A DNA stretch of 64,000 nucleotides from a virus. Numbering within the stretch: position 1 is the stretch's first letter; each line of letters opens with the position of its first letter. Position numbers and translations under genes: made by a program. Below the pieces are notes generated by a model. It did not search any database, was not told where the DNA came from, and worked only from the letters and a program-made list of their open reading frames with translations. This document shows, in pieces, positions 11,101 through 19,682 of this stretch. The DNA lies in IMG/VR virus record IMGVR_UViG_3300014946_000127. One strand, 5' to 3'.

Positions 11101-12219
11101 AGTGACTAATTTATAAACACCTAAACCTAGTGCTGCTACTGCCGCTGCTACTGCGACATATGGGTTGGCAAGTAAAGTCTTGTTCAGTGCAGCTTGCGCA
11201 ACTTGCAATAATTTCGTGCGAGTAGCAGCCAAAGCTTCTGCATTTGATAATGTTATTCCTGAAGCTGCTGCAAGACTTTGATTTAATGCGGACTGAGCTA
11301 ATACGGCGGAATATACTTTTTGTAAAGCTGTTATAGTAATCAATGCAGCTTTATACGCTCCGTATGTACCGACCAATTCAATTAGTATTTTTCCTACTTT
11401 TTCATAGTTTTCTATCAAATAAGAGACGCTGGATAATGCATCATTGATAATACCTTCATTCGCTTTACCGATGTCGTTCAACATCATCGAGAAACTATCT
11501 CCTATGTTAGAAATCTGTCCGGTAATGGTTTTGCTTTGTTCTTGCATTAAGTTAAAGAACATACCACCCTCGTTGGTAAGGTTCTGTATGACTTTCTGAA
11601 CCTCTGGAAACCCTATCATACCAGCTTCTACCATTCCTTTGATTTCACTTTCAGCTACTCCAAATTCTTTGGCAAGTTCTTTTATCATTGGAATACCTCG
11701 TCCAGTGAATTGGTTTAGGTCCTGTGTATAAAGTCGACCTTGTGTCATAGTTGTACCATAGAGATATACTAAGTCTCCCAAAGGTTGTGAAAGTCCGGCT
11801 GCAATGTTCCCTAATCGTATAAGAGTCTCGTTAACATCTTCGGCAGAAGTACCGTAAGCCAGTAATTGACGAGCTCCATTGGCAACACCTTGTAGATCGA
11901 ATGGAGTTTTGGCGGCTGTTTCTGTGAGCTGAGCCATAAGGACGTTTGCCTTTTCACTACTTCCAAGCATAGTGGTAAAGGCGACCTCTAATTGTTGAAA
12001 TTCACCTCTTACTTGTATAATATTTTGGATAAGTTCTTTTGCTGTAAAGCCAGCCCCAAAAGCTGCAGCTGCTTTCGTCATTTTGTTGAACATATCTTCT
12101 ATGCCCAATCCATTTTTTTCTATTTCCTTAGAAGTATTGGTTACTCCGGTTTCTACTTCTCGTAGTTTACGAAGAAAATTAGAATTGTCGCCTGTTATAT
12201 CAAAATGAAGTCCGGCCAT
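8125..12219 (-). CDS. Tail tape measure protein
   Basis: 1364 aa. Long coiled-coil, K/E-rich central region; Gly/Ala-rich hydrophobic segments (AAAAFGAGF..., AVAAAVAALGLGVY). Sits between major-tail and fibre genes. Confidence 0.8.
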   Translation of the reverse strand: MAGLHFDITGDNSNFLRKLREVETGVTNTSKEIEKNGLGIEDMFNKMTKAAAAFGAGFTAKELIQNIIQVRGEFQQLEVAFTTMLGSSEKANVLMAQLTETAAKTPFDLQGVANGARQLLAYGTSAEDVNETLIRLGNIAAGLSQPLGDLVYLYGTTMTQGRLYTQDLNQFTGRGIPMIKELAKEFGVAESEIKGMVEAGMIGFPEVQKVIQNLTNEGGMFFNLMQEQSKTITGQISNIGDSFSMMLNDIGKANEGIINDALSSVSYLIENYEKVGKILIELVGTYGAYKAALITITALQKVYSAVLAQSALNQSLAAASGITLSNAEALAATRTKLLQVAQAALNKTLLANPYVAVAAAVAALGLGVYKLVTYQTEAEKAQERLNDEFGKTEVAALNEMSTLRELNRQLTEAKKWSEEWYAIKEKIVNGYSKYLSGIDEEIDKTGSLAGQYEKLEKAIRKSMAAQNYTNFAKQEEDIYNSVREKNLTKVYDAFTKKYGDESGLKVYRNWLNWLDSGRDIPTEIQRIFNDVSIGEWWDVGEWRESANTLLFEIRRQAEIRNKNLEEYRNKYFIPEPSFDSPTENIFTTEGKSISQLEEEIKKAETSLASLKKALADGSGTKEAVDQQEAYIKSLQDTVLEREKDLRVINEVKTQISKLEKEQGETVSGSKEYNALQSRIDALRAKLPKTKSDKAAEDKQAKEQKEAEQKLVDELLELRKKNQEKEISLWEEGKDKKLKQIKYYYEEQKKEIKKKEKELAELNKVAKIEPSKLNENGLTTEQQENIDTANRLNEKNKNKQTKEILDDEINAMNDYLAAYGNYYEKRNAIIEQGESRKVGKNEWEQKSIDEETKRALSDLDIEANKSTSAISKLFDDMRQHTVADMRLIANEAERAFQFLQSGEWDENKGLEFGMTKETFDTLRKSPEELERIRKGIDNVRNSADQSETGFNKLANGLKKVFDAGSNTKKLQDGLEEIRSGLSEVLSVAQFLSDTFSNLGEAFGSDTLSGIAEGINVAMDGLNSAMQGAEAGAIFGPIGSAAGAAIGLVSSLASSIAKIHDAKNEKRIQKLQDQVDTLDRSYEKLGKSIETAYGKSASSLIEDQNKLLEQQKVLIQNQIKEEQDKKNTDSDRIKEWENQIDEINNLISDNKEKAIDVIFGEDLKSAIDNFAEAYADAWASGENRAKSAKDVVKQMMQQMVTESIKAAIKSSNKMEEIRTKLQQFYADNVLSQWEQDYINNMAEQLQQEIDAQFGWADSLMGESSTTEQKSTAEGFETMSQDTATELNGRFTALQLSGEEIKNQMISAVISLNSLLSVSTNSNSILNNILNQHVITNSYLEDIAKYTKLLIDIKSDIAQVNRNTKDL

Positions 12220-12263
12220 GAGTCTTTTCGATTAAAAGGGGTAGATGTAACATCACATCATTT

Positions 12264-12290
12264 GCAAATATACAAAAGTATATGAAATTC
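12264..12290. promoter_or_regulatory. Palindromic motif copy 1 (AAAAGTATATGAAATTCATATACTTTT), divergent intergenic region between tape measure and the plus-strand moron
   Basis: Near-perfect inverted repeat. Each arm contains TACTTTTG, which fits the Bacteroidetes -7 consensus TAnnTTTG, pointing outward. One of five copies. Confidence 0.45.
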
Positions 12291-12409
12291 ATATACTTTT
12301 GATAAAATAGAATAGAGTTAATAAAGTTTAACTAATGTATGAGTATAAATATTTTAATAAATGATTATTGTATTATACTTTTGACGAAACAATCTTAACA
12401 GCATAAGAT

Positions 12410-13570
12410 ATGGATTTCAAAGATACAATTCAACAGATTGTAGAGAAAATTGCTAAACAGAAGGATAGCATAGCAACGGAAGAAGCGACAAAAACCTCTT
12501 TTGTAATGCCTGTGATAGCAGCATTGGGATATGATGTATTCAATCCCTTTGAGGTTGTACCGGAAATGGATTGTGACTTAGTTAAGAGGAAAGGCGAAAA
12601 AATAGACTATGCCATAATGAAGGACGAAAATCCTATACTACTTATAGAATGCAAGCATTGTAAACAAAACTTGAATTTACATGACACTCAGTTACAAAGA
12701 TATTTTGTCGCTTCAAAGGCTAGGTTTGGGGTCTTGACGAATGGAATAGAATATCGCTTTTATACAGATTTAGAAAAGGTGAACATAATGGACGAAAAGC
12801 CGTTCCTTGTGGTGAATATGCTCGATTTATCGGACAACGATATTGAGCAACTGAAAAAGTTTCATAAGTCTTATTATAATGAGCAAGATATATTGAGTAC
12901 GGCACAAGAGTTACAAATCACGATACAAGTAAAAGAAATGCTTAATCGTAATTTCCAAATGCCGGATGATGAATTTACACGTTATTTTGTCCGTAATCTT
13001 AATGATGGGAAATATACGGCAAAACTTGTGGACCAATATAGACCTATTGTTAAGAAATCCATTGCTTCGGTGATTAACGATATTATATCCGACCGTTTGA
13101 ATGTGGCTATGAAGAATGAGAATAAGGAGGAAAAGCAAATGCCACAGGGGGGTGAGAATGAAAATCAACAGCCGAACGAAATGAATGAAGAAAAACTTCC
13201 CGATGGTGTAGTATTTCAAGACCGAGAAAAAGGTATAGTTACTACACAAGAGGAGATAGATGCCTATAACATCGTGCGTAGTATATTGAGGCAGTATGTA
13301 GATGTATCTCGTATTCAATATAACGACTACAAGACTTATTTTTCCGTGAACATAGATGGTAGTACATGGTGGTGGATTTGCCGCATTTATATAGGGAAAC
13401 GGAGTAAAAAAATATGCTTGCCAAAGGATAACTACAAGACAAATGAATGGATTGACATTGAGACTATCGATGATATTTTTAATTATGCCGATGGTCTTAA
13501 AGAGGGTCTTGATTTGGCATTGAAAGAGGCGAATTATTGGCTTGCAAAGAAAAATGAATTAGAAAAATGA
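12410..13570 (+). CDS. HsdR-N-terminal-domain-like (PD-(D/E)xK, Mrr-cat-type) restriction-endonuclease-like protein
   Basis: 386 aa. N-terminus GYDVFNPFEVVPEMDCDLVKRKGEKIDYAIMKDENPILLIECK...GVLTNGIEYRFY matches the HSDR_N family (D...E-C-K catalytic arrangement). Plus-strand insert inside the minus-strand tail module. Confidence 0.6.
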   Translation: MDFKDTIQQIVEKIAKQKDSIATEEATKTSFVMPVIAALGYDVFNPFEVVPEMDCDLVKRKGEKIDYAIMKDENPILLIECKHCKQNLNLHDTQLQRYFVASKARFGVLTNGIEYRFYTDLEKVNIMDEKPFLVVNMLDLSDNDIEQLKKFHKSYYNEQDILSTAQELQITIQVKEMLNRNFQMPDDEFTRYFVRNLNDGKYTAKLVDQYRPIVKKSIASVINDIISDRLNVAMKNENKEEKQMPQGGENENQQPNEMNEEKLPDGVVFQDREKGIVTTQEEIDAYNIVRSILRQYVDVSRIQYNDYKTYFSVNIDGSTWWWICRIYIGKRSKKICLPKDNYKTNEWIDIETIDDIFNYADGLKEGLDLALKEANYWLAKKNELEK

Positions 13571-14061
13571 CAAACGTAACTAATACAAATTTTAGAATTA
13601 TGAGAAAGTTTTTGCTAATCATAGTTTGTGCTTTATCCATTACATCTTGCTCAGATAATGATCCTGAGATATTATCAGTAATGATTAATGTAAAATGTGA
13701 TAATAAAATTGCATCTCCTTCTTTGGTTCGCTTATATGAATATGAAACAGCAAGAGACTTTGATGACAGCTATATGTCTACAATGGAGTACGGCGATTCT
13801 CAAGTTTTAAGAGATAAGTTGGGTAATGAGTTGACTCCCGCATATACATCTGACACGTTTTCTGGAATAAATATTTTTGAGGACATAAAAACAGGGGTAT
13901 ATTTGGCTGTAATACTTTATAAACCTGACGGCTTTACATGGCCTATGTTTTATTTTTATGGATATAAAGTAATTAATGTTGACGAGGATAATAACGCACT
14001 TTTACATAATATATGTTTTTCTTATAGTGAATACGACCGAGGTAAATTCATTGAGTTTTAG
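13567..14061 (+). CDS. Lipoprotein (signal peptide + lipobox)
   Basis: 164 aa. MRKFLLIIVCALSITSC: hydrophobic h-region then lipobox Cys. Start overlaps the stop of the upstream gene. Confidence 0.6.
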   Translation: MTNVTNTNFRIMRKFLLIIVCALSITSCSDNDPEILSVMINVKCDNKIASPSLVRLYEYETARDFDDSYMSTMEYGDSQVLRDKLGNELTPAYTSDTFSGINIFEDIKTGVYLAVILYKPDGFTWPMFYFYGYKVINVDEDNNALLHNICFSYSEYDRGKFIEF

Positions 14062-14774
14062 TCCCACTTCATGCCTTTTATTTTATCCATATTTTTAGGA
14101 TCGTCCCCGTTTATAAATGTTCGGTCCGTAGATATATGATATTTTTTTATCTCGTCGTCAGTAAGGTATATAGATGTTATGTAATCATTAAGTAACATAT
14201 GCAGGTTGGCATAACTAATACCCCATACAACATAGTCCATAGTCCAGCCATAGCGTTCGCAGGCTATATCTATCAAAGTACCATAAATACTTTTACCTCC
14301 AAAGGTTATAGTGTTACACTTCTTTTTCTTGATTCTTGATATTTTTTCTTGTTCTTTTTTCTCAATATCAATCTTGAAGTGTTTAATAAACTGCTCAATG
14401 TTATCCTTTGATAACACTATTATGAATAGTTGAGCAAGTTCTTCATTCGATAGGTTGTCTTCAAATAGCTTTCGTCTTTCATTTATTAGGTGGCTATTGA
14501 ATAATTCTTCCTTTTTATCGAATGTATGGTAAGACAATATTTTGCATATAATATCTCTTTTGGAATCGCATAATCGTAATGCTTCCATATATGGATTTAG
14601 AGAAAGGAAGTCTTTATTTATTTCTAAATTTTCGGTAAGACGTGATAAAAGGTATATTTTACCTAATGTGGCAGGGTATAAGTAGAATTGCATTTCTCCT
14701 ATATGGAACTCATAAGGTCTTTCCATGATAGTATCTGCAATATCCATTTCTATTATTTTCCCTTCTTTGTCCAT
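14058..14774 (-). CDS. Hypothetical protein
   Basis: The ORF track runs 14058..14870, but its first 32 codons overlap the predicted tRNA. The internal start MDKEGKIIEMD... (about 14774) is more plausible. Confidence 0.45.
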   Translation of the reverse strand: MDKEGKIIEMDIADTIMERPYEFHIGEMQFYLYPATLGKIYLLSRLTENLEINKDFLSLNPYMEALRLCDSKRDIICKILSYHTFDKKEELFNSHLINERRKLFEDNLSNEELAQLFIIVLSKDNIEQFIKHFKIDIEKKEQEKISRIKKKKCNTITFGGKSIYGTLIDIACERYGWTMDYVVWGISYANLHMLLNDYITSIYLTDDEIKKYHISTDRTFINGDDPKNMDKIKGMKWD

Positions 14775-14782
14775 GCAAAATA

Positions 14783-14853
14783 AATTATACTGAGCGCAAC
14801 TGTGGGGTCGAACCACAACTTTATACATGGAGTGTATATGTGCTACCGTTACA
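14783..14853 (-). tRNA. Phage-encoded tRNA, 71 nt, anticodon loop ACTCCAT (TCC if 34-36, giving Gly; C at position 33 is atypical)
   Basis: Minus-strand cloverleaf: acceptor GCGTATC/GTTGCGC (one mismatch), D-arm GTGT-AACGGTA-GCAC, anticodon stem TATAC/GTATA, T-arm TGTGG-TTCGACC-CCACA, discriminator T. No encoded CCA. Confidence 0.5.
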
Positions 14854-14916
14854 CTAGATACGCAGAACACGTGGGTACGAAGCCCCCACGTTTGGCTCTA
14901 TCTACAACCTATTGAA

Positions 14917-15465
14917 TTATCCACCAACACTTGGATTAGGAGCTACTTCGAATTTATCACCGTCTCCAGACTCATCTTCAGGATCGCATTCAATTTTACT
15001 GATGTTTCCACCGGATTCCGTCACGATGATTTTACCCCACTGAATTTGTTTTTTATCGGCGGCTGCTTTCAAAGCATCAAAAGTGTATGCCCAAACACCA
15101 CCATCTGCCGCTGTAAATGAATCCTCAACAGAAACGGTAGTTTTCTCCATACAGAATCCCTGAACATCAGGATCTTCCGGCTGTAAAGCAACAGCATAAT
15201 TGTGTGCAACAACACCATCGCTATCACTTACAGGACGCTTACGTCCTTTTGCGGCACGAATGTTCAATGCCAAAGCATAGGTATTCTTTCCATACTTTAC
15301 ATCCTCATTTTCGCCTCCTTCGATTTTTGCTTCTTGTTTATCTCCTTTTGTTGTTGTCAACTGTGTAGAATCTTCCACAGGGGTAGGTAATTCCTCCCAT
15401 TTAGGAGCAGAAGCATCCAAATCTTTTATAAATACACGGGGCTTACCCCATCCTATTACTGCCAT
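14917..15465 (-). CDS. Major tail protein candidate
   Basis: 182 aa. Position immediately upstream (in transcription order) of the tape-measure region; size typical of siphovirus tail-tube proteins. Confidence 0.45.
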   Translation of the reverse strand: MAVIGWGKPRVFIKDLDASAPKWEELPTPVEDSTQLTTTKGDKQEAKIEGGENEDVKYGKNTYALALNIRAAKGRKRPVSDSDGVVAHNYAVALQPEDPDVQGFCMEKTTVSVEDSFTAADGGVWAYTFDALKAAADKKQIQWGKIIVTESGGNISKIECDPEDESGDGDKFEVAPNPSVGG

Positions 15466-15490
15466 GATATACCTAATTTATATTAAAAAT

Positions 15491-15913
15491 TTATTCGTTA
15501 TTTATCTCTATGTACAGTTTGTTATTAATGAAATGCTCTGTATGTCCGTCTTCAAATGAAACTCCTGTTGAATCAGTTTTTTGACTGCATTGTGATGGAA
15601 CCGTATGATATTCGTCTTTTCGTATAGCGAATAAAAACTTCGATAGTTCGCATAATTCACAAATTCGGATTGAATCTTTTTCCCATGTTTTGGTTTCAGA
15701 GTTCCATAAGTCTTTGACATATATATTGACATTCACATAGGCTCGTTGTATTTGCCCGCAACCTTCATTTGCAAGAACAGATATGACTATATCTTCTTTA
15801 TCAGATTTGTTGGGCCTTCCTCTGTCACTCAATTTACCGGAGACATTACGTTCGAGTTCTGTACCTTTAATTTTGTGATAAACGAACTTAGCTATTTCAA
15901 TATCGGATTTCAT
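15491..15913 (-). CDS. Head-tail joining / tail completion protein candidate
   Basis: 140 aa, position in the connector region between capsid and tail-tube genes. Confidence 0.4.
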   Translation of the reverse strand: MKSDIEIAKFVYHKIKGTELERNVSGKLSDRGRPNKSDKEDIVISVLANEGCGQIQRAYVNVNIYVKDLWNSETKTWEKDSIRICELCELSKFLFAIRKDEYHTVPSQCSQKTDSTGVSFEDGHTEHFINNKLYIEINNE

Positions 15914-16374
15914 TATTTCGCAATCTGTCTTTTAAGTTTTTCAAGCATCAATGGAACTTGTTCTCTTGCCCAAAGTTCGGTTGATGCAAGTACGTCTTTA
16001 TTATCCATCGCTTCTACAAATTCAGCATAGTTCATTCCGGCGACTACGATAAGTACATAGTTATTAGAATATCTTTTAGCAAGTTCTTTCGCTAAGTCTT
16101 TACCTGTTTTTACACCTTCTGAACCTTGCTTCACTTGGTTGAAAGTTGAGTATTGAATGATATTCTTATTATGAGCAATCACATATCCAACCGAACTACG
16201 CAAGTTGCCTGTTTGGTCGTACCAACTTTTATCACCTGCTCTATCACGAATTTTTGTAACGCATTGTTCGCCAAGTTTGGATAAAGCACGAATAGTAAGA
16301 CGCTCGACACGCTCTGCTTCTCTCATGAGCGTGTCATGCACTTCGCTTAGCTTGGTGGTCATTCTTATACCCAT
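15913..16374 (-). CDS. Head-tail connector protein candidate
   Basis: 153 aa, stop/start overlap with neighbours. Confidence 0.4.
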   Translation of the reverse strand: MGIRMTTKLSEVHDTLMREAERVERLTIRALSKLGEQCVTKIRDRAGDKSWYDQTGNLRSSVGYVIAHNKNIIQYSTFNQVKQGSEGVKTGKDLAKELAKRYSNNYVLIVVAGMNYAEFVEAMDNKDVLASTELWAREQVPLMLEKLKRQIAK

Positions 16375-16709
16375 AGTTTACATTGTTTCTGGTAGCGATG
16401 GAAACCTTTCACACTAAACTCCCTTTCAATTCCTTCAAGCAGATGTATCTTAATCCTGTCACCTATCATGAATGTTCGACAATTTGCACGTAGATAAACT
16501 GTATATGAATAGCTTCTTACAATACCATCGTCAAACTCTTTTTCAGAGGCTTTACCAGCAGGAACTGCGTCGCATTCAATGCAGCCTTCCCAGTTAGTTT
16601 CTCCTTCATGATAATCACCGTTGCTATCCTCGTAACCATCTTTTGATACGAGGTACTGCAATCTGTGTGGATATAGTCTTATTACTGACATATTACAAAA
16701 GGCAGTCAC
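16365..16709 (-). CDS. Head-tail connector protein candidate
   Basis: 114 aa. Confidence 0.4.
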   Translation of the reverse strand: MTAFCNMSVIRLYPHRLQYLVSKDGYEDSNGDYHEGETNWEGCIECDAVPAGKASEKEFDDGIVRSYSYTVYLRANCRTFMIGDRIKIHLLEGIEREFSVKGFHRYQKQCKLWV

Positions 16710-17031
16710 CTATATATACCATTGGCTTTGCCTCCAACTCTACCGAAGGTTCACCAATGGCATTATAGATTGAGTTAACACGTAACAGAATACGTTCTTT
16801 GTCTTTATCTGATAAAGAACCAAAAGACTTGTCTGCTTCAGAAAAATTGATAGCCTGAACTAAAGACCAAAGACAGTCAGCCAAAGCTCCCATATACTCC
16901 TTTGAGTTCATTGTATCTGAATCGCAATCACCAACTGGATTGAGTTTGCGTTTTATCATCACATTCTCTACAAAACCTTCTGGAATAGGGTAATGTATTT
17001 CGTCTATAAGAGCTTGCTGAATTGTCTTCAT
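16693..17031 (-). CDS. Head completion / adaptor candidate
   Basis: 112 aa, directly downstream of the putative capsid gene. Confidence 0.4.
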   Translation of the reverse strand: MKTIQQALIDEIHYPIPEGFVENVMIKRKLNPVGDCDSDTMNSKEYMGALADCLWSLVQAINFSEADKSFGSLSDKDKERILLRVNSIYNAIGEPSVELEAKPMVYIGDCLL

Positions 17032-17034
17032 GGC

Positions 17035-18345
17035 TTAACTATCTCCATTTGTTGTTTTATATGATTCAACAGCTTTTTTGAGCTTAGCTTCATCGGCATC
17101 ATTCAATTTGTTTACAGCAGCAATTAACTTATCGTCTGAAATAGTAGTCGATAAGTTTTTACCGGTTATTTTATTGAACTCTGCGACGAAGTTTGCTTTT
17201 ATGTAAGCTTGTCCCCAAATGGTGATGTTCTTATCGGTAGAATCTTTTCCCTCTTCGGTAGTGTCAATCGTTTGAGCCTCTGAGATGTCAAGAGAGTAGA
17301 TTTGGTCTACGTTTTCAATAACAGGGAGAACTAATGCTTGACCACTTGTAAATTCCTGCAAAGGATCATTTTTAGAATACTTGCTGATAAGTTTGTATTC
17401 ATCTACCGTGGAATAAATTACTCCTGCTACGGGATTAGTAACTTCTGCAAGTGTGCCCCAAACCAATGCGCCAACTTCTTGTGTAGTAAGGAATATTAGT
17501 TTGTTCGCATTCCACGGTTTGTACGGAATGCGTTTACCATTTTTCTCAGAAATTACTGTACGGTCAATCTTTAAGAATGTAATTCCGTTGTTGTCATCGG
17601 CAAATGCTTCGTCAAATAATGTAGCAGTAGGAACAGGTAACTTAGTGTTGCTGTCGAATGTCTGACCTCGATAGTTGGCAACCAATTCTTTTGCCCATTG
17701 TTCTTGTCTCATTTTATTGTAAGTCGATAACGAGATTGCTATCGTTGTAATTGAGTTTCCATCTGCGTCAGCTTTTGCAATAACACGCTTTATGTCATCA
17801 GAGGAAATAGTTCCAGCTGTTTCTACACCAAAGCTATTTTGCGGTAAATAGTTGAAATTTATGCGCAATCCAGTTCCTGTATTGTTTTCATCTTCAACGA
17901 TTACAACTCCATCAGATAAAGCAGTTAAAAAGTTTGCTTCGTTCTTTTCATCGATACCAACAGAGCAAGCTACCGCATCGTTGGTTAGCTTGTTAGCTAT
18001 ATTAGTGAACGCAGCTCCTTGAGCTTTCATGATGTTGATTGTGTTGATCTGAGTCTCACGAAGAATTTTTTTCATTCCGACCTTTGGCAATGTACCATTT
18101 GCGTGAGCAATGGAGTCTCTCATCTTAGGAGGGAGAGGTGAGTCCATTGCTACCATGTCGGCCGCAACATAAGTTGTGTTAACTGATGCACTTTCCCACT
18201 TTTGGTCTGCGGAATATTCTTTGCGAAGCATTGTCTTGTGAAGATATGTAAGCTGATTGCCTCGCTTACCATTGATTCTCTCGATGATGGTTTGAAGTTT
18301 CGGGAAAATCTTTCTGATGTATTCAATAAATAGTGATTCTTTCAT
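17035..18345 (-). CDS. Major capsid protein candidate
   Basis: 436 aa. Located after the scaffold-like gene and a small head gene. Confidence 0.5.
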   Translation of the reverse strand: MKESLFIEYIRKIFPKLQTIIERINGKRGNQLTYLHKTMLRKEYSADQKWESASVNTTYVAADMVAMDSPLPPKMRDSIAHANGTLPKVGMKKILRETQINTINIMKAQGAAFTNIANKLTNDAVACSVGIDEKNEANFLTALSDGVVIVEDENNTGTGLRINFNYLPQNSFGVETAGTISSDDIKRVIAKADADGNSITTIAISLSTYNKMRQEQWAKELVANYRGQTFDSNTKLPVPTATLFDEAFADDNNGITFLKIDRTVISEKNGKRIPYKPWNANKLIFLTTQEVGALVWGTLAEVTNPVAGVIYSTVDEYKLISKYSKNDPLQEFTSGQALVLPVIENVDQIYSLDISEAQTIDTTEEGKDSTDKNITIWGQAYIKANFVAEFNKITGKNLSTTISDDKLIAAVNKLNDADEAKLKKAVESYKTTNGDS

Positions 18346-18364
18346 TTTTTACCTCCTTTCTACA

Positions 18365-18766
18365 TTAATCGTGTAAGAATACAAGAGTTGGCAATGCCGT
18401 TTTCATAGCCGCTTTTATGTCGTCTATGGGGTATGGACTCGCCAAATCATTGACTTCGCCGCTATACATAATACCAACCAATGGTTCACTAGCTGGTTTT
18501 GTACATACAACTACTCCTACATATTCATGAGAACCGGGAAGTGAGTCGTATCCATCGCCAGATGATTTTACGGGCATAGGTTTGTACGTGTCTGTTGACG
18601 GATCACGAATAACAACGTGCCCGGCTTTAATAACCGGAAGGTTATAATTTGATACGTCAAGAGTACGACCTCCGATAATGCCAGCTACATAATGCCGGAT
18701 TACGACAGAATCCATTCCGGCATTGAGAACTTCCATTTCGCTTGATAAATTTGCTGTTGCACCCAT
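18365..18766 (-). CDS. Hypothetical head protein (decoration?)
   Basis: 133 aa between scaffold and capsid candidates. Confidence 0.35.
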   Translation of the reverse strand: MGATANLSSEMEVLNAGMDSVVIRHYVAGIIGGRTLDVSNYNLPVIKAGHVVIRDPSTDTYKPMPVKSSGDGYDSLPGSHEYVGVVVCTKPASEPLVGIMYSGEVNDLASPYPIDDIKAAMKTALPTLVFLHD

Positions 18767-18787
18767 TGTTACAATTTCTTTTTTGAC

Positions 18788-19561
18788 TTAGAAAGTGTTG
18801 ACTAAATCTTCAACTTCTTTGTCGGTTAATACTTCGTCTTGTTTACCCGAACCTTTACTTCCGGCAGCAGGAGGGGTTGCCAATGTTGCCAAACCTGCAT
18901 CTGCACGCTCTTGATTGTAATTCTTCAGGTCTTCCTCAACATCTGAATAGAACTCCTCGAAATCGTCGTCACTTTCAAAGTTCATCTTAGAGAAGCTTTT
19001 CAAGGTACGTGAACCGAATGTTCCAGTGTCTTTCAGCAGGGCTTCAAGTTTGGCTTTACGCAAGTTAGAAACTTTTTCACCTTCCAATGCTGCAAAACGG
19101 GCTTCCTGTTGCTCTCTGAAAGACTTAAACCATGCGGGTTCTTCGTCTTGTTCATTTCCTTTGTTGTTGGGATTTTTCTTGTTTGAACCAGCTGGACGAG
19201 AGCCGCCTTTTGACGTGTCATCGTCAACGTCGTCATCATCATCTTCTTCTGATTCGGGGTGTTTTTTCTTCCATTCGTCAAGCAAACGGTTGGCTTGCGA
19301 CTGGCCGAAAGTGAGGTAAGGGAGAACCGCTTCTATCTGCTCGTCGATTTCTGCGTTTACATCCTCTTCTGAGGCATCTTCTGCGGATTTCAGGTTATCG
19401 GCAATCTTGGCGGCGATACCCTTCAATTCCTTTGCGTTGAACCCTAACGCCTTCGCTTTAAGTTTCAACCTTACGAAAACTTGCTGTTGTCTGTTCATTT
19501 CATTTAGGTTTAAACAAAAAAAATAGTCTGCGTAGCAATGTAGCCAGCAGACTATTCGCAT
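18788..19561 (-). CDS. Scaffolding protein candidate
   Basis: 257 aa, highly charged, predicted coiled coil, poly-acidic tract EEDDDDDVDDD. Confidence 0.5.
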   Translation of the reverse strand: MRIVCWLHCYADYFFCLNLNEMNRQQQVFVRLKLKAKALGFNAKELKGIAAKIADNLKSAEDASEEDVNAEIDEQIEAVLPYLTFGQSQANRLLDEWKKKHPESEEDDDDDVDDDTSKGGSRPAGSNKKNPNNKGNEQDEEPAWFKSFREQQEARFAALEGEKVSNLRKAKLEALLKDTGTFGSRTLKSFSKMNFESDDDFEEFYSDVEEDLKNYNQERADAGLATLATPPAAGSKGSGKQDEVLTDKEVEDLVNTF

Positions 19562-19656
19562 CTTCTTTCAGATGTGCCTCCGCCTAAACGGACAAACAGG
19601 TGTTTACGACAAGTCGGGTGGCGTACATCTTCATACGCTTTTTGCAAATATACAGT

Positions 19657-19682
19657 AAAGTATATGAATTTCATACACTTTT
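19657..19682. promoter_or_regulatory. Palindromic motif copy 2 upstream of the scaffold/capsid operon
   Basis: ttgcaaatatacagtAAAGTATATGAATTTCATACACTTTT; shares the upstream TTGCAAATATACA with copies 1 and 5. Confidence 0.45.

Noticed and set aside
8125-12219. Multiple 60-100-aa ORFs antisense to or nested inside the tape-measure, fibre, terminase and MuF genes (e.g. 9089..9391, 10003..10191, 4304..4747, 4801..5466, 21538..21864)
   Set aside because: Fully contained within long, well-supported genes on the other strand or frame. Typical spurious ORFs of six-frame translation.
19161-19270. Repetitive gtcatcgtcaacgtcgtcatcatcatc tract
   Set aside because: It is simply the codon repeat for the poly-Asp/Glu tract of the scaffold-like protein, not an independent repeat element.
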